From sequence record KP869112: a stretch of 64,000 nucleotides of DNA, one strand, 5' to 3'. The position numbers and the translations under genes were made by a program. This DNA is from Escherichia coli O157 typing phage 14. How positions within the stretch are numbered: the first letter of the stretch is position 1; every line of letters begins with the position of its first letter. Positions 38,101 to 47,476 of this stretch are shown here, piece by piece. Under the pieces are notes generated by a model. The model was not told the DNA's origin, made no database searches, and saw only the letters and a program-made list of their open reading frames with translations.

Positions 38101-38889
38101 ATGGGTCGAGCTAAAGAAACAAAACGCATGCGTGATGAAGCTAGAGAGGCTCGCAAATCTGATCGCCTGCGTAAGGCTGCTGAGAAATTTGCTGACGAAC
38201 GAGAGCACACCGCTCCAGCTCTCCGACCAATGAATAAAAAGCAGCAAAAGTATCTTGATTATCTAGGGTCACGTAAGATTATTATTGTAAACGGTGTGTT
38301 TGGATCCGGTAAGACATTCATGGCATCTGCATATGCAGGTGATCTTCTGCGTAAGAATGAGATTGATAAGATCATTGTTGCACGTCCTTATGTACAGACC
38401 GGAAAATCAAGCGGATACAAACCGGGAACGTCAATGCAGAAGCTTTGGCCTTACCTTCGTAGTATGATGGACACTATTTGTCGTCGTGTTGGCAAAGGTG
38501 CTTTTGCCGCAATGCTGGGAGATGGTCAGAACAGCCGTATCGAGATTTGTGAAGTTGAAAGCATTCGTGGTCGTAGTTTCGATGAGCGATGCTTTGTCCT
38601 GATTGACGAGGCACAGCAAACTAACCCTGAAGAAATGTTGTCAATTATTACAAGGATCTCTGATCAGGCCACCCTTGTAATTATGGGTGATAATAGTCAA
38701 CGTGACATCCCTGGTAAATCTGGCCTTGCATGGGTGACGGATTTCTTTACTCGTCATCCAGATCCTGAGGTTGGAATGATCAGCTTTGATAGTCCAGACG
38801 ATGTCGTTCGTTCCGGGTTGGGCCGTCAGATTGCTCTCAATCTTATAGAGGATCGTGCAAATCATATTTGGACCCCTGTTTCCGAGTAA
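38101..38889 (+). CDS. phoH: PhoH-like ATPase
   Basis: Walker A GVFGSGKTFMA, Walker B FVLIDEAQ. Confidence 0.8.
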   Translation: MGRAKETKRMRDEAREARKSDRLRKAAEKFADEREHTAPALRPMNKKQQKYLDYLGSRKIIIVNGVFGSGKTFMASAYAGDLLRKNEIDKIIVARPYVQTGKSSGYKPGTSMQKLWPYLRSMMDTICRRVGKGAFAAMLGDGQNSRIEICEVESIRGRSFDERCFVLIDEAQQTNPEEMLSIITRISDQATLVIMGDNSQRDIPGKSGLAWVTDFFTRHPDPEVGMISFDSPDDVVRSGLGRQIALNLIEDRANHIWTPVSE

Positions 38890-38933
38890 TACAGAAGGGT
38901 GGTTATTCCACCCTTAAATATCTAAAACAGTTG

Positions 38934-38962
38934 TTGACAAACAGGTAAGCTTTAGATATTAT
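38934..38962 (+). promoter_or_regulatory. sigma70-like promoter
   Basis: TTGACA, 17-nt spacer, TATTAT. Confidence 0.45.
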
Positions 38963-38992
38963 TATCGGACAAGACAAGTAGAAGGAGATAGT

Positions 38993-39304
38993 ATGGCTAC
39001 AATACAAGAAAGACTGAATAAAATATACTGCCTGTTTGTCTATAAAGGCGAGACAATTTTGGCAAATAAAGGATACAAGAATGTGTGGATCAAGGACAGT
39101 GGTGGTAATATAATCAACTTAGCGTTGCTACGTGAGCGCCGACACAGATTCTTTATCGAGTCTCGGATTATTGAAAGCAGCACCTGCTACAGAACCGGCG
39201 ATAAAGTAATTGTTGACAATGATACGTGGTATGTGGTAGACTGGCAATCATTGAGCTGTGATGCTTCTGACAATCGTAAGTATTCCCTAGTGATTGCTAA
39301 ATAA
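38993..39304 (+). CDS. hypothetical protein
   Basis: 103-aa ORF; no motif recognised. Confidence 0.4.
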   Translation: MATIQERLNKIYCLFVYKGETILANKGYKNVWIKDSGGNIINLALLRERRHRFFIESRIIESSTCYRTGDKVIVDNDTWYVVDWQSLSCDASDNRKYSLVIAK

Positions 39305-39364
39305 AGGTAAATGTGAATCAGGTTTAAATAAATAGCTTTCAACTTCCAATATTAAGGATTTCTC

Positions 39365-40414
39365 ATGAATTTAACACCTCGCAGCACCATGGTACACGGC
39401 ATGAAAGAAAAACAGAACGGTTTCGAACCTATGAGTAATAAAATGTTTGGTATGCCGGGTGGTATTATGGAAACATACAGCTACCCAACACCTGTTGTTG
39501 ACCACGTTCTTTATATCGACGATTTGGAAGACTTACAAGATCATATGTCTCGTCTGCAGACGATCCGTATGGCTCAGCCGGAAGAAAGCATTCGGGTGAT
39601 CATCAATAGCCCTGGGGGTTGCGTGCACATTGCAATGGCTTATCTGCAGGCATTCCGCGAGTCTCAGGCAAGCGTTGTTGCACATGCTGAAGGGATGTGC
39701 TGCTCTGCTGGAACAATCTTATGGCTTGGTTGTAAAGAACGTACTGTGGCTCCGGACACAGAATTTATGTTCCACTACTATCAAGGTGGCACTTATGGTA
39801 ACGGTGTGAACATGAATACTCAGGTCAGCTACTGGAAAAAACGTTTTGAACGCCTGATCGAAAAATACTACGGTGGGGTGCTGACAGAAGATGAGATCGC
39901 ATCCATCACAGCTGGTGGCGAAGTGTGGTTGGACGGAGAAGAGCTGGCAGCACGCACTGGAGCTATTATTCTGGATGAAGGCAACATACAACGCATCCAG
40001 AACGGACAAAAACCGAAAAAGCTTCTGGCAAAAGGTGATGAAGAGGGCGTGTTAGGTGAAGCAGGTCTTCCGGAGATTCACCAGTGCACATCTTTAGATG
40101 AGTTAGTTCATGCTGTTGAATCTGCAAAAGCGGGTGGTTCGAAAGGTGATGTTCACACTGTGTTCCTGAATCTGCAGATGGAAAGTGGCGAGACCGTCCG
40201 AATTGCCCTGGGTGAGATTACTTCAGAAGATCTGCAGAGATTCTCTGTCGTTGAACTTCAGGATATTCTGTCTCAATTGAAGACTACTCTGAACGGCGGT
40301 GAAGAGGTTAAGGTGAAAGATAAGACTCGCAAGCGTCTGGTGGATAATATTATTAAAACAGCAAAAGAGCTCAATGAAAAAATCCTGGGCGCAGGAATTG
40401 TCGAAGAAGTTTAA
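39365..40414 (+). CDS. ClpP-like serine peptidase (S14/S49 family) with long acidic C-terminal extension
   Basis: IINSPGG and GMCCSAGTILW resemble the ClpP nucleophile region; C-terminal half about 170 aa, acidic. Confidence 0.5.
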   Translation: MNLTPRSTMVHGMKEKQNGFEPMSNKMFGMPGGIMETYSYPTPVVDHVLYIDDLEDLQDHMSRLQTIRMAQPEESIRVIINSPGGCVHIAMAYLQAFRESQASVVAHAEGMCCSAGTILWLGCKERTVAPDTEFMFHYYQGGTYGNGVNMNTQVSYWKKRFERLIEKYYGGVLTEDEIASITAGGEVWLDGEELAARTGAIILDEGNIQRIQNGQKPKKLLAKGDEEGVLGEAGLPEIHQCTSLDELVHAVESAKAGGSKGDVHTVFLNLQMESGETVRIALGEITSEDLQRFSVVELQDILSQLKTTLNGGEEVKVKDKTRKRLVDNIIKTAKELNEKILGAGIVEEV

Positions 40415-40426
40415 ACATTAATTCTA

Positions 40427-40450
40427 AAGCCCTCTTCGGAGGGCTTTTAT
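40427..40450 (+). terminator. rho-independent terminator
   Basis: AAAGCCCTC-ttcg-GAGGGCTTTT. Confidence 0.6.
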
Positions 40451-40465
40451 GATCTGGAGATTTGC

Positions 40466-40999
40466 ATGACTTGTGCTAGAAAACCTGATGAACAACGTAA
40501 CGCCTACGATGAGTATGTGACACCGGAGTGGTGTGCAGAAGGGCTGTATGACCTTATTCCGTTCCCAGAAGACTGGACCTACTTAGAGCCTTGCAGGAAT
40601 AGTGCCTCAGGTGTGTTCTACTCCCGTATGCCGTTAGGATCTGCATGGGGAGAAATCCAAGAAGGTGTTGACTATCTGAATACAGAATACAACCATGTTG
40701 ACTGTATTATCACCAACCCACCATACAGCTTGGCTCGTGAGTTTGTAGACAAGGCGTTGAAAGATGCTGACGTAGTTATTATGCTTTTACGTCTTAATTT
40801 TCTGGAAAGCAAAGCCAGATTTGAATGGTGGCTTGATAATGCACCTACCACTGTGATCACAATATCTAAGCGTCCGTCATTTCAATCAAATGGCAGAACT
40901 GACGGGCAAGCATATGCATATTTTGTGTGGGATAAGAAAAACCGTTTAGGCTTGCCGCCATTTATGTGGTTGGCACCCCCAGAGGTAGACCTGAAATGA
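40466..40999 (+). CDS. DNA N6-adenine methyltransferase (small phage Dam-like)
   Basis: 177 aa with motif IV ITNPPY. Confidence 0.6.
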   Translation: MTCARKPDEQRNAYDEYVTPEWCAEGLYDLIPFPEDWTYLEPCRNSASGVFYSRMPLGSAWGEIQEGVDYLNTEYNHVDCIITNPPYSLAREFVDKALKDADVVIMLLRLNFLESKARFEWWLDNAPTTVITISKRPSFQSNGRTDGQAYAYFVWDKKNRLGLPPFMWLAPPEVDLK

Positions 41000-41280
41000 A
41001 AATGAGTGCTAAGGACAAATTACACCAGTTAGCGCTAAAATGTCCTGTAACGCTCCCTGACGAGCTTAACTCCATTTATGATGCGATTGTAGGGGAGATA
41101 CAAAATAAAGCGTTAGCAGGCTTTCTGGGATGCGGATTTTCGATAAATCTACCCTCGCATCTCTCAGATTACTTCCCGCATATTGTTGGGGATTTGAGGG
41201 CAGGAGGTCTGCAGGTAGATGTTGTTGGCATCTCTCCAGAGAAAAATAATACGGTTGCCTACTTGACAGTAACCTGGTAG
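40996..41280 (+). CDS. hypothetical protein
   Basis: Start at ATG overlapping the methyltransferase stop. Confidence 0.35.
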   Translation: MKMSAKDKLHQLALKCPVTLPDELNSIYDAIVGEIQNKALAGFLGCGFSINLPSHLSDYFPHIVGDLRAGGLQVDVVGISPEKNNTVAYLTVTW

Positions 41281-41287
41281 TAGTGTA

Positions 41288-41554
41288 TTGTTGTTCTCAA
41301 CAAGGGGGTCATTTATGTACAAGTCATTTTCAATTTACTCAAGACAGGCGAAACACTACACAGAGATCCTGATTACTCAGAAAAAATCTGTAGAAGGTGA
41401 GTGGGAATATCACCATAAAATGTTGCGTCCAGATTGGGTTTTTGATAGACTTATTGCCATGATCCCTCTTGGGGAAGTATACCCTCTGACAGGTGGGAGG
41501 GATGCTTGGGATTTAATTGATTACATAGATTCATTTAAGGAGCCCAGTGTATGA
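41288..41554 (+). CDS. hypothetical protein
   Basis: 88-aa ORF; no motif recognised. Confidence 0.35.
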   Translation: MLFSTRGSFMYKSFSIYSRQAKHYTEILITQKKSVEGEWEYHHKMLRPDWVFDRLIAMIPLGEVYPLTGGRDAWDLIDYIDSFKEPSV

Positions 41555-41949
41555 AGATTGAGATCACTAAAGAAGGTAAGAAAGTGTCTGGAGACTATGC
41601 AACAGTAATTCGAGATTTAATGTTTGAAACCACCAAGTTCGGCACATCTAAAGTTGGTCAAACTGTTAGTGTGCAAGGCAATATCACCACAGGGGAGAAG
41701 ATAATCATTGTAATCAAAGGGCAGGATCCTGTGGAAGGAACAGTGGGCCGAGGAGGATACCTGTGCATTTCTGAAGAGCCACGTATGCTGGTGGCTGACC
41801 ACACTACAGGTGGGAAACGTGTGTGCGAGGCGAATGAGGTAATGATTATTCAACCTGTTGATCCAGATGATCCAGCAACTTGGGTGGTAGGAAATGAAAT
41901 CTTCTCCTTAGAAGAGTTATCCTTCCCAGCCCCACGCTCTGTTCAGTAA
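41551..41949 (+). CDS. hypothetical protein
   Basis: 132-aa ORF; no motif recognised. Confidence 0.4.
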   Translation: MKIEITKEGKKVSGDYATVIRDLMFETTKFGTSKVGQTVSVQGNITTGEKIIIVIKGQDPVEGTVGRGGYLCISEEPRMLVADHTTGGKRVCEANEVMIIQPVDPDDPATWVVGNEIFSLEELSFPAPRSVQ

Positions 41950-41988
41950 TAATTTATCTTACCATGGACGGTAGAAGCAGGAGGTAGC

Positions 41989-42222
41989 ATGAAAGTTAAA
42001 TTTCTTACAGATTTAGGGTACCCTTCCTTGGTTGACTGCATTGGTAAAATTGTGGAAGCAAAACGGCTATCTGCAAACGATAATGTTGTCATGGTTAAGG
42101 GAAAAGATTTATTAGCTGCAGGTGCAGAGTCTGGCAGGATCTCTCCTGACTATACATATTACTTATCTTTAAGTAATCTACCAGAACGAGGCGGCAAAGG
42201 CCTTGAAGTTGTGGAGGAGTGA
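41989..42222 (+). CDS. small acidic protein, paralog family member
   Basis: MKVKFL..., VVMVKGKDLLAAGAE, C-terminal GLEVVEE; shares these with 45388, 45605, 47477 and 47745. Confidence 0.5.
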   Translation: MKVKFLTDLGYPSLVDCIGKIVEAKRLSANDNVVMVKGKDLLAAGAESGRISPDYTYYLSLSNLPERGGKGLEVVEE

Positions 42223-42764
42223 CAGGTATGCTTCTGATTAACTGGGAAGACCTCTATGGGGACAAAGACCCTGTTGCGTTTGTTGATCGTAGATGGAGAT
42301 ACACTGAAGAACAACTGGCTGCAAAAAATTTAACTGCGAAACGCAGAAAGATCATCCAGTGCAAGTACAAATACGCACAATTTGCTGCAAAAGTGTCTCC
42401 ACAAATCGAGAGTTTTGTACTTAAATTGTATGACGAATACCTCAAGTTCAAATTGGATTTTGTACAGGTGTACCGTGCACAGGTACGCCCAGATACCAAC
42501 ATATGTAGATGGAAGGTTGTTTGTGACGGTAAAGATTTGCCGCTCAGCTTGACAATTGAGTGGCGTTATGGGTATCATGAGTGTGGTCTGTATGATATTT
42601 GGGATGTCATTGTAGATCCTGCTAAGTACCTGAACACAGAGGAGCTGGAATATATCAATAAGGTTATTCTCGATATGTTTTTCAGATACACCCGTGAAAA
42701 CTCTGAGAAAGAACGGGATGATTTTCTTGACACCATCAGCAACCATCTGCAGTATACAATTTAA
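42219..42764 (+). CDS. hypothetical protein
   Basis: 181-aa ORF; no motif recognised. Confidence 0.4.
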   Translation: MTGMLLINWEDLYGDKDPVAFVDRRWRYTEEQLAAKNLTAKRRKIIQCKYKYAQFAAKVSPQIESFVLKLYDEYLKFKLDFVQVYRAQVRPDTNICRWKVVCDGKDLPLSLTIEWRYGYHECGLYDIWDVIVDPAKYLNTEELEYINKVILDMFFRYTRENSEKERDDFLDTISNHLQYTI

Positions 42765-42782
42765 CCTACAAAGGGAGGGCTA

Positions 42783-43019
42783 ATGAGTATAAATGTTGTG
42801 CTAATAGGCTACCTGGTAATAGCCGTTATAACAGCGGTATTCTTGACAGGTATATGCATCGTGTCTAGACGAAAGGTGAAGTTTGATGATTTTATCACCA
42901 TCATCACTGCTGCACCTTTTTGGCCTATTGTTATCTTCATCGTAATAATGTGCCTAGTTGATTACTACAAGAATATTCGTAAGGAGAAAAAGGAGAGTAG
43001 GGATGGAGACCGCACCTAA
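42783..43019 (+). CDS. small membrane protein
   Basis: Two hydrophobic segments (LIGYLVIAVITAVFL, FWPIVIFIVIMCL). Confidence 0.4.
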   Translation: MSINVVLIGYLVIAVITAVFLTGICIVSRRKVKFDDFITIITAAPFWPIVIFIVIMCLVDYYKNIRKEKKESRDGDRT

Positions 43020-43132
43020 AGCTGTTTATACTGTTCTTAAAGAGATTGCGTTCTACGCAGATCTTAGCCAGGCACCTTTATGGGAAAAGAGCATGTATTT
43101 AAAATGGTGCGTTAATTTAGGGAGACCTTCCA

Positions 43133-43621
43133 GTGTTTCAAGCCATGTTTATTGAGATGCTATCTGGGGTATTGTTACTGGTAGCCATCTTAGGTGGTGC
43201 AGTTCTGATGTATAACTATCTTGAAAAAGGAGAAATTTTAACAAAATCTGGAAAGATAACTTTGATACCTCTTGATAGTAAAGGTAAAGACCCGTCACGA
43301 CTTGTTATAGATGATTACGTTACAGGTGTGACGTTCGAGGTCTCTGTGGAGAGGTTAATACGCAGAGCTGGCGGCCCTTATGACCGAAGAGAGTATGTTT
43401 TCGATTCCGTTACAGAGATGGGGGAGCATCCGTCTTTAATGTTCAGGATGGTAATCAGGGATATGAGGTCATCTATAGATAGGATCGTAAAGGACATTAA
43501 GGAACCTTTTAGGGTAAAAGTTAAGAAGTTTTTTGATTCTAAGATTAACATACTTGCTGTTGTGCTAGGCGTAATTCAACTTCTGTTAATTTTGCACTAT
43601 TTTGAACTGTTGTTTAAGTAG
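43133..43621 (+). CDS. membrane protein
   Basis: Hydrophobic helices at N- and C-termini. Confidence 0.4.
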   Translation: MFQAMFIEMLSGVLLLVAILGGAVLMYNYLEKGEILTKSGKITLIPLDSKGKDPSRLVIDDYVTGVTFEVSVERLIRRAGGPYDRREYVFDSVTEMGEHPSLMFRMVIRDMRSSIDRIVKDIKEPFRVKVKKFFDSKINILAVVLGVIQLLLILHYFELLFK

Positions 43622-43681
43622 TGTGCAACAAGGCACAAAGGATGTGCCATAATTAAACAAATTAAGAAAGAGGTAGAGAGA

Positions 43682-44029
43682 ATGTCAAAGATTAAATCGA
43701 TATTAATGTGGGTAGCTGTTGTGGCTTTTGTAGGATACTGGACTTGGGAAACTGAATTAAAAGATATCGGATATACCAGTCTTGAGAGCAAGGCATGCAT
43801 TGGCATAACCGATGCATTCAGGCAAAATGCTATGGATCACGAATGTGTCGATGCAGATATAGATGAGAAACTATCTAAGGACAAGGATTTTTACCATGGT
43901 CATGCCTTGCTTGATAGTGGTGACACTGTAGAATTCTGGTCGTGGTTCCGTGAAGATGGAACAATAAAGACAGCAGTAAAGATTTCCAACAAAGAGTTAA
44001 TGCTGTTGCAGCAGAAGGAGGCTCAATGA
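43682..44029 (+). CDS. hypothetical protein with N-terminal transmembrane segment
   Basis: ILMWVAVVAFVGYWTW. Confidence 0.4.
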   Translation: MSKIKSILMWVAVVAFVGYWTWETELKDIGYTSLESKACIGITDAFRQNAMDHECVDADIDEKLSKDKDFYHGHALLDSGDTVEFWSWFREDGTIKTAVKISNKELMLLQQKEAQ

Positions 44030-44313
44030 TCTGGATATCTTATACTGATGGCACCATGCTGTATACTGCAGGTACCAGATATGAAGTTCAGGAGAACGAT
44101 AAAAAATTTATCGTAAGAACATTTGACAAGGACGACAACCTTTTGCTAGAATTGACTTACAAGGTTGGAGAGGTATCCAATATCCAATTGGATTGTGGTC
44201 ATAAAGATAATCCACTCAAAAAACCTGGAATAGGCAAGGCTTCAGAAGAACGTTTGTCTCGTATTGCAGAAAGCGTTTCTCCCCAAAAATCCAAGAAGAG
44301 GATTAGAAAATGA
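44026..44313 (+). CDS. hypothetical protein
   Basis: 95-aa ORF, start overlaps upstream stop. Confidence 0.35.
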   Translation: MIWISYTDGTMLYTAGTRYEVQENDKKFIVRTFDKDDNLLLELTYKVGEVSNIQLDCGHKDNPLKKPGIGKASEERLSRIAESVSPQKSKKRIRK

Positions 44314-44510
44314 GTGACAAAATTCTTAAATTTAATACCTACTATGAGAATGATTTGAACGATCTGTATTATATAGTGCGTAGCGAAAACCCAAATGTAG
44401 TTCTGTTTTGCCGAGAACCTTTCAAAAAAGAGGAGATTGAATCTACCATGAATGTGGATCAGATTTCACACCTGCTGCTCCTTGGATCATTAAAAGAGGC
44501 AGTATTCTAA
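44310..44510 (+). CDS. hypothetical protein
   Basis: 66-aa ORF, start overlaps upstream stop. Confidence 0.3.
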   Translation: MSDKILKFNTYYENDLNDLYYIVRSENPNVVLFCREPFKKEEIESTMNVDQISHLLLLGSLKEAVF

Positions 44511-44529
44511 ACCAGGGTGGAGGGTTTTT

Positions 44530-44715
44530 ATGAAGCATTATTGTCTGTCTGGTAGATTGGGTGCAGATTGTGATTGGGTTTTCTTAAAACTTGTCAGCAT
44601 TCGAGAGTCCATCTCAGAAGAAGAGCAAGAAAGTGAGCTGATGTCATGGATCAACCATTACGGTAACACTTTTCGGCATGTTAAGGTAGAAGAGTTGCCA
44701 AGCGAGGCTGATTGA
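44530..44715 (+). CDS. hypothetical protein
   Basis: 61-aa ORF. Confidence 0.3.
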   Translation: MKHYCLSGRLGADCDWVFLKLVSIRESISEEEQESELMSWINHYGNTFRHVKVEELPSEAD

Positions 44716-44810
44716 CTATGATTGCATCAATATTAACGTTTATGGGTGGCGTGGCATTCGGATTCATTGTTTGCCTGTTTATAGTGATTATGTCTATGCG
44801 AGGCTGAATT

Positions 44811-45107
44811 ATGAAACTTTTTGAGTGGTTTAAAAAGTTTAAATATAAAGCTGTAGCCATCGTGCCGTGGTCCATTCAGTGGGTTGATGAAGGTGGTCTA
44901 CCAATACCTGGTGACAAAGATACTGGGTACTGGATTATGATGGAGAACGGGTTTGGAAAGCGAAAGTATACGTGCACAAACTCTACTCGATCTGCGCTTA
45001 ATAGAGTGCCTGGTTACAAACTTATGGTTGTGTGGAAAATGTCAGGCGTGCCTCCAGCTAATGCTCAATTTCTTACTGACAATCCGACCACGGTAGAGGG
45101 AGATTGA
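44811..45107 (+). CDS. hypothetical protein
   Basis: 98-aa ORF. Confidence 0.35.
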   Translation: MKLFEWFKKFKYKAVAIVPWSIQWVDEGGLPIPGDKDTGYWIMMENGFGKRKYTCTNSTRSALNRVPGYKLMVVWKMSGVPPANAQFLTDNPTTVEGD

Positions 45108-45391
45108 TAATGAAAAAGATTAACAGTGGTGAAGTTGAGTTTAAACTTGTCGGGAAAGGCACTTACTGGGAAGTTCGTCAAAAGGTATATTTGTTCGGTC
45201 TTATTCCCTATTGGTCTAAATTCTACTGGGGAGCTAACGAGTGGGGAAGATACGCCACCAAATCAATGGCACTTATTGGTATAGCAGAGTACATTGCAGC
45301 CAGAGATAGGGTTGGAGACACTTATTACTATACTGCGGACGATATTCGTAACAGTGTTTACGTCCCACAACCACCTGATGGAGACCGTTGA
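45104..45391 (+). CDS. hypothetical protein
   Basis: 95-aa ORF. Confidence 0.35.
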   Translation: MIMKKINSGEVEFKLVGKGTYWEVRQKVYLFGLIPYWSKFYWGANEWGRYATKSMALIGIAEYIAARDRVGDTYYYTADDIRNSVYVPQPPDGDR

Positions 45392-45615
45392 TGAAAGTTA
45401 AAGTTTTAGATTCAAGCTTCTATATTGGTCAGGAGCCTTTAGTAGGAAAAGTGTTTACTGCTGTCCCTAACGAAGATTACCCTGACCTTTTAAAAATAAA
45501 AGGAGCAGATCTTATTGCCGCTGGTGCATCTCAGGAATGCTTTGACAGTCAGTGGACCTACAACTTTGCCCTAGGTGAGGATGTAGAGGTAGTGGAGGAC
45601 GATCATGAAGGTTAA
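45388..45615 (+). CDS. small acidic protein, paralog family member
   Basis: MMKVKVLDSSFYIGQ..., LLKIKGADLIAAGAS, EDVEVVEDD. Confidence 0.5.
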   Translation: MMKVKVLDSSFYIGQEPLVGKVFTAVPNEDYPDLLKIKGADLIAAGASQECFDSQWTYNFALGEDVEVVEDDHEG

Positions 45616-45859
45616 AATTCTTGATTCTAACGTCTACTTGGGACAATCCTTCCTGAATGGAAAGGTCGTTCCTGCGGTATACTTTGAAGGGTTGCCGTGG
45701 GATGATCCTGTGCGGCAACATCACAGTTATGTAGGCCACAACGTGGTGTTTATCTTGGGATCAGACCTGATCACCGCTGGTGCACCTGAATATTATTTCG
45801 GGGAAGAGTCCTACTATGCCTTTGGGGTAGGGTCAGATGCAGATATTGTAGAGCTGTGA
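45605..45859 (+). CDS. small acidic protein, paralog family member
   Basis: MKVKILDSNVYLGQ..., VVFILGSDLITAGAP, DADIVEL. Confidence 0.5.
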   Translation: MKVKILDSNVYLGQSFLNGKVVPAVYFEGLPWDDPVRQHHSYVGHNVVFILGSDLITAGAPEYYFGEESYYAFGVGSDADIVEL

Positions 45860-45871
45860 TGGGTAACCGTT

Positions 45872-46270
45872 GTGAAAAATAAACTGTTTAAAGTTACAAT
45901 GAAAATTCGCGGGGCTTGGAGCGTAAAGCAAGGGCGTATTCCAGAATTTGAGAAAGACTTCTACGTAGTCTCCACCTCGGAGGAGGCTGCATGCTGGCAG
46001 GCTGGCTATGCCTATGCAAGAACCTGGTACGAAGGATACCAGACTGGGGGCTATGACGGAGAAATTATCAGCAAGGGTGTAGAAGAAATTAATGTGTTGA
46101 CAAGTGAAAAAGTTTTTGTTATAGTGCATCCAGATTCCAGAGTGAAGCATTACTGGAATGCCAGAACAAAAACTTGGACACCGTTTGCAGATTCTGCTAC
46201 GCCACTTTTAAACCAGAAAGCTCTTGACTCTGCCCCAAGTTATGGGGTTGTTGAAGAAAAGCTAAACTGA
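45872..46270 (+). CDS. hypothetical protein (second paralog pair, with 48077)
   Basis: Shares HYWNARTKTWTP / YYWDVLNNEWTP and overall layout with 48077-48472. Confidence 0.4.
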   Translation: MKNKLFKVTMKIRGAWSVKQGRIPEFEKDFYVVSTSEEAACWQAGYAYARTWYEGYQTGGYDGEIISKGVEEINVLTSEKVFVIVHPDSRVKHYWNARTKTWTPFADSATPLLNQKALDSAPSYGVVEEKLN

Positions 46271-46287
46271 AACAGTGAGGTGTCACC

Positions 46288-46578
46288 ATGATGGATTTAA
46301 TTCTAAATATTGATAACGCAGGAGAGTTTAAAGACGAGGGTGTAACAAGCATGGACAAACCCTGCTCTGCTAAGGTTGACTCAAAATGGACCTACAAGTT
46401 TGACGGAGAGATCTTCGCAAATGATGAGAAGGTTGTAGATGCTGCAGCCATTTTAAACGCTCTAGGGTACGACCCTGTGAATTCTTTGATCAAGGATCCT
46501 GTTGAGTTTGCAGAGTATGTTCGAAAAATGGCAGATCTTGCTGTGGATATTTTAAAAACTATCGACAACAAGCTGTAA
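46288..46578 (+). CDS. hypothetical protein
   Basis: 96-aa ORF. Confidence 0.35.
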   Translation: MMDLILNIDNAGEFKDEGVTSMDKPCSAKVDSKWTYKFDGEIFANDEKVVDAAAILNALGYDPVNSLIKDPVEFAEYVRKMADLAVDILKTIDNKL

Positions 46579-46584
46579 AAACTG

Positions 46585-46613
46585 TTGACACAACGCTTCA
46601 GATTTAGTATCAT
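46585..46613 (+). promoter_or_regulatory. sigma70-like promoter
   Basis: TTGACA, 17-nt spacer, TATCAT, upstream of the hpf-like gene. Confidence 0.4.
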
Positions 46614-46660
46614 TGTTTTCAAAGATGGTTTGGTTCCCTCTTCTTTAAAAGGAACACGTT

Positions 46661-46978
46661 ATGCAAATTGAAATCACTGGCAACGTAGAAATCACTGAAG
46701 GTATGGTGTCTTTCATTTCCCACAAAATGTCTAAGCTGGAGCGTTTGCACCCCTCTGCCAACTATGCACGTGTGAGTGTAAAAGTTGAAAATGATCACCA
46801 GGAAGTTATGGCGCTCATTTTTGACAATTCTGGAAAAGAAGTTATTGCCAAGGCTAAAGGTAGTGATGCTTACGAGGCAACTGACCGTATGGTAGATGTT
46901 GCAGCACGTCAGCTGGCTAAATGCGGTGGAAAGAAAGGTAAGGGGAAAGGCAAAGTAAAGATTGACTTTGGAGAATGA
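46661..46978 (+). CDS. hpf: ribosome hibernation promoting factor homolog (HPF/RaiA/YfiA family)
   Basis: MQIEITGNVEITEGM...SKLERL...VSVKVEN...GKEVIAKAKGSDAYEATDRMVDVAARQLAK aligns along its length with E. coli HPF as recalled; Lys/Gly-rich tail. Confidence 0.8.
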   Translation: MQIEITGNVEITEGMVSFISHKMSKLERLHPSANYARVSVKVENDHQEVMALIFDNSGKEVIAKAKGSDAYEATDRMVDVAARQLAKCGGKKGKGKGKVKIDFGE

Positions 46979-47115
46979 GGTGCTACAATGGGCGTGATTA
47001 AGAAACTAGTCCCAAATGTAGAGATTGCATGCTTTGAAATTATGTTTGCAATCGCAGTTGTAGTTAATGTGTTAGGTTACGGCTATTAATATCAAATAAT
47101 TGAGGAGACCTCTAA

Positions 47116-47385
47116 ATGAAAATTAAATTATTCAAAACTGAGCTGGCAGACAAAAACTGTGGACTGGTTGAAGGCATGATTGTCGAAGCACAACCAGTTG
47201 ACTATATGAAGGTGGTTCGTGATGCCCTGGGTGAAGGTTTTGATCTGATGGAGCCAGCTCTGCGAGAAGATGTTATCGAGATGGCTAAAAAGCACACACC
47301 TGAAGGAATGGTGGTGTTTGTTGCACCAGGTAACGGAGAAGAGTTGATTGTAACTCCGGATGTGTATGAGATTGTAGAGGAATAA
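47116..47385 (+). CDS. small acidic protein, probable distant paralog family member
   Basis: MKIKLF..., MVVFVAPGNGEEL, C-terminal VYEIVEE. Confidence 0.4.
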   Translation: MKIKLFKTELADKNCGLVEGMIVEAQPVDYMKVVRDALGEGFDLMEPALREDVIEMAKKHTPEGMVVFVAPGNGEELIVTPDVYEIVEE

Positions 47386-47476
47386 TCCTGCTTGGATTAG
47401 CATACTTCCTCGACAAGGAAGGTTTGTAATTATTTGTGGGAAAGGAATCCCAATCTCTTACCATAGGTGATACTAT

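Noticed and set aside
38897-38919. Terminator after phoH
   Set aside because: AAGGGTGG...CCACCCTT hairpin is clear but is followed by A-rich sequence on both strands; noted as a hairpin only.
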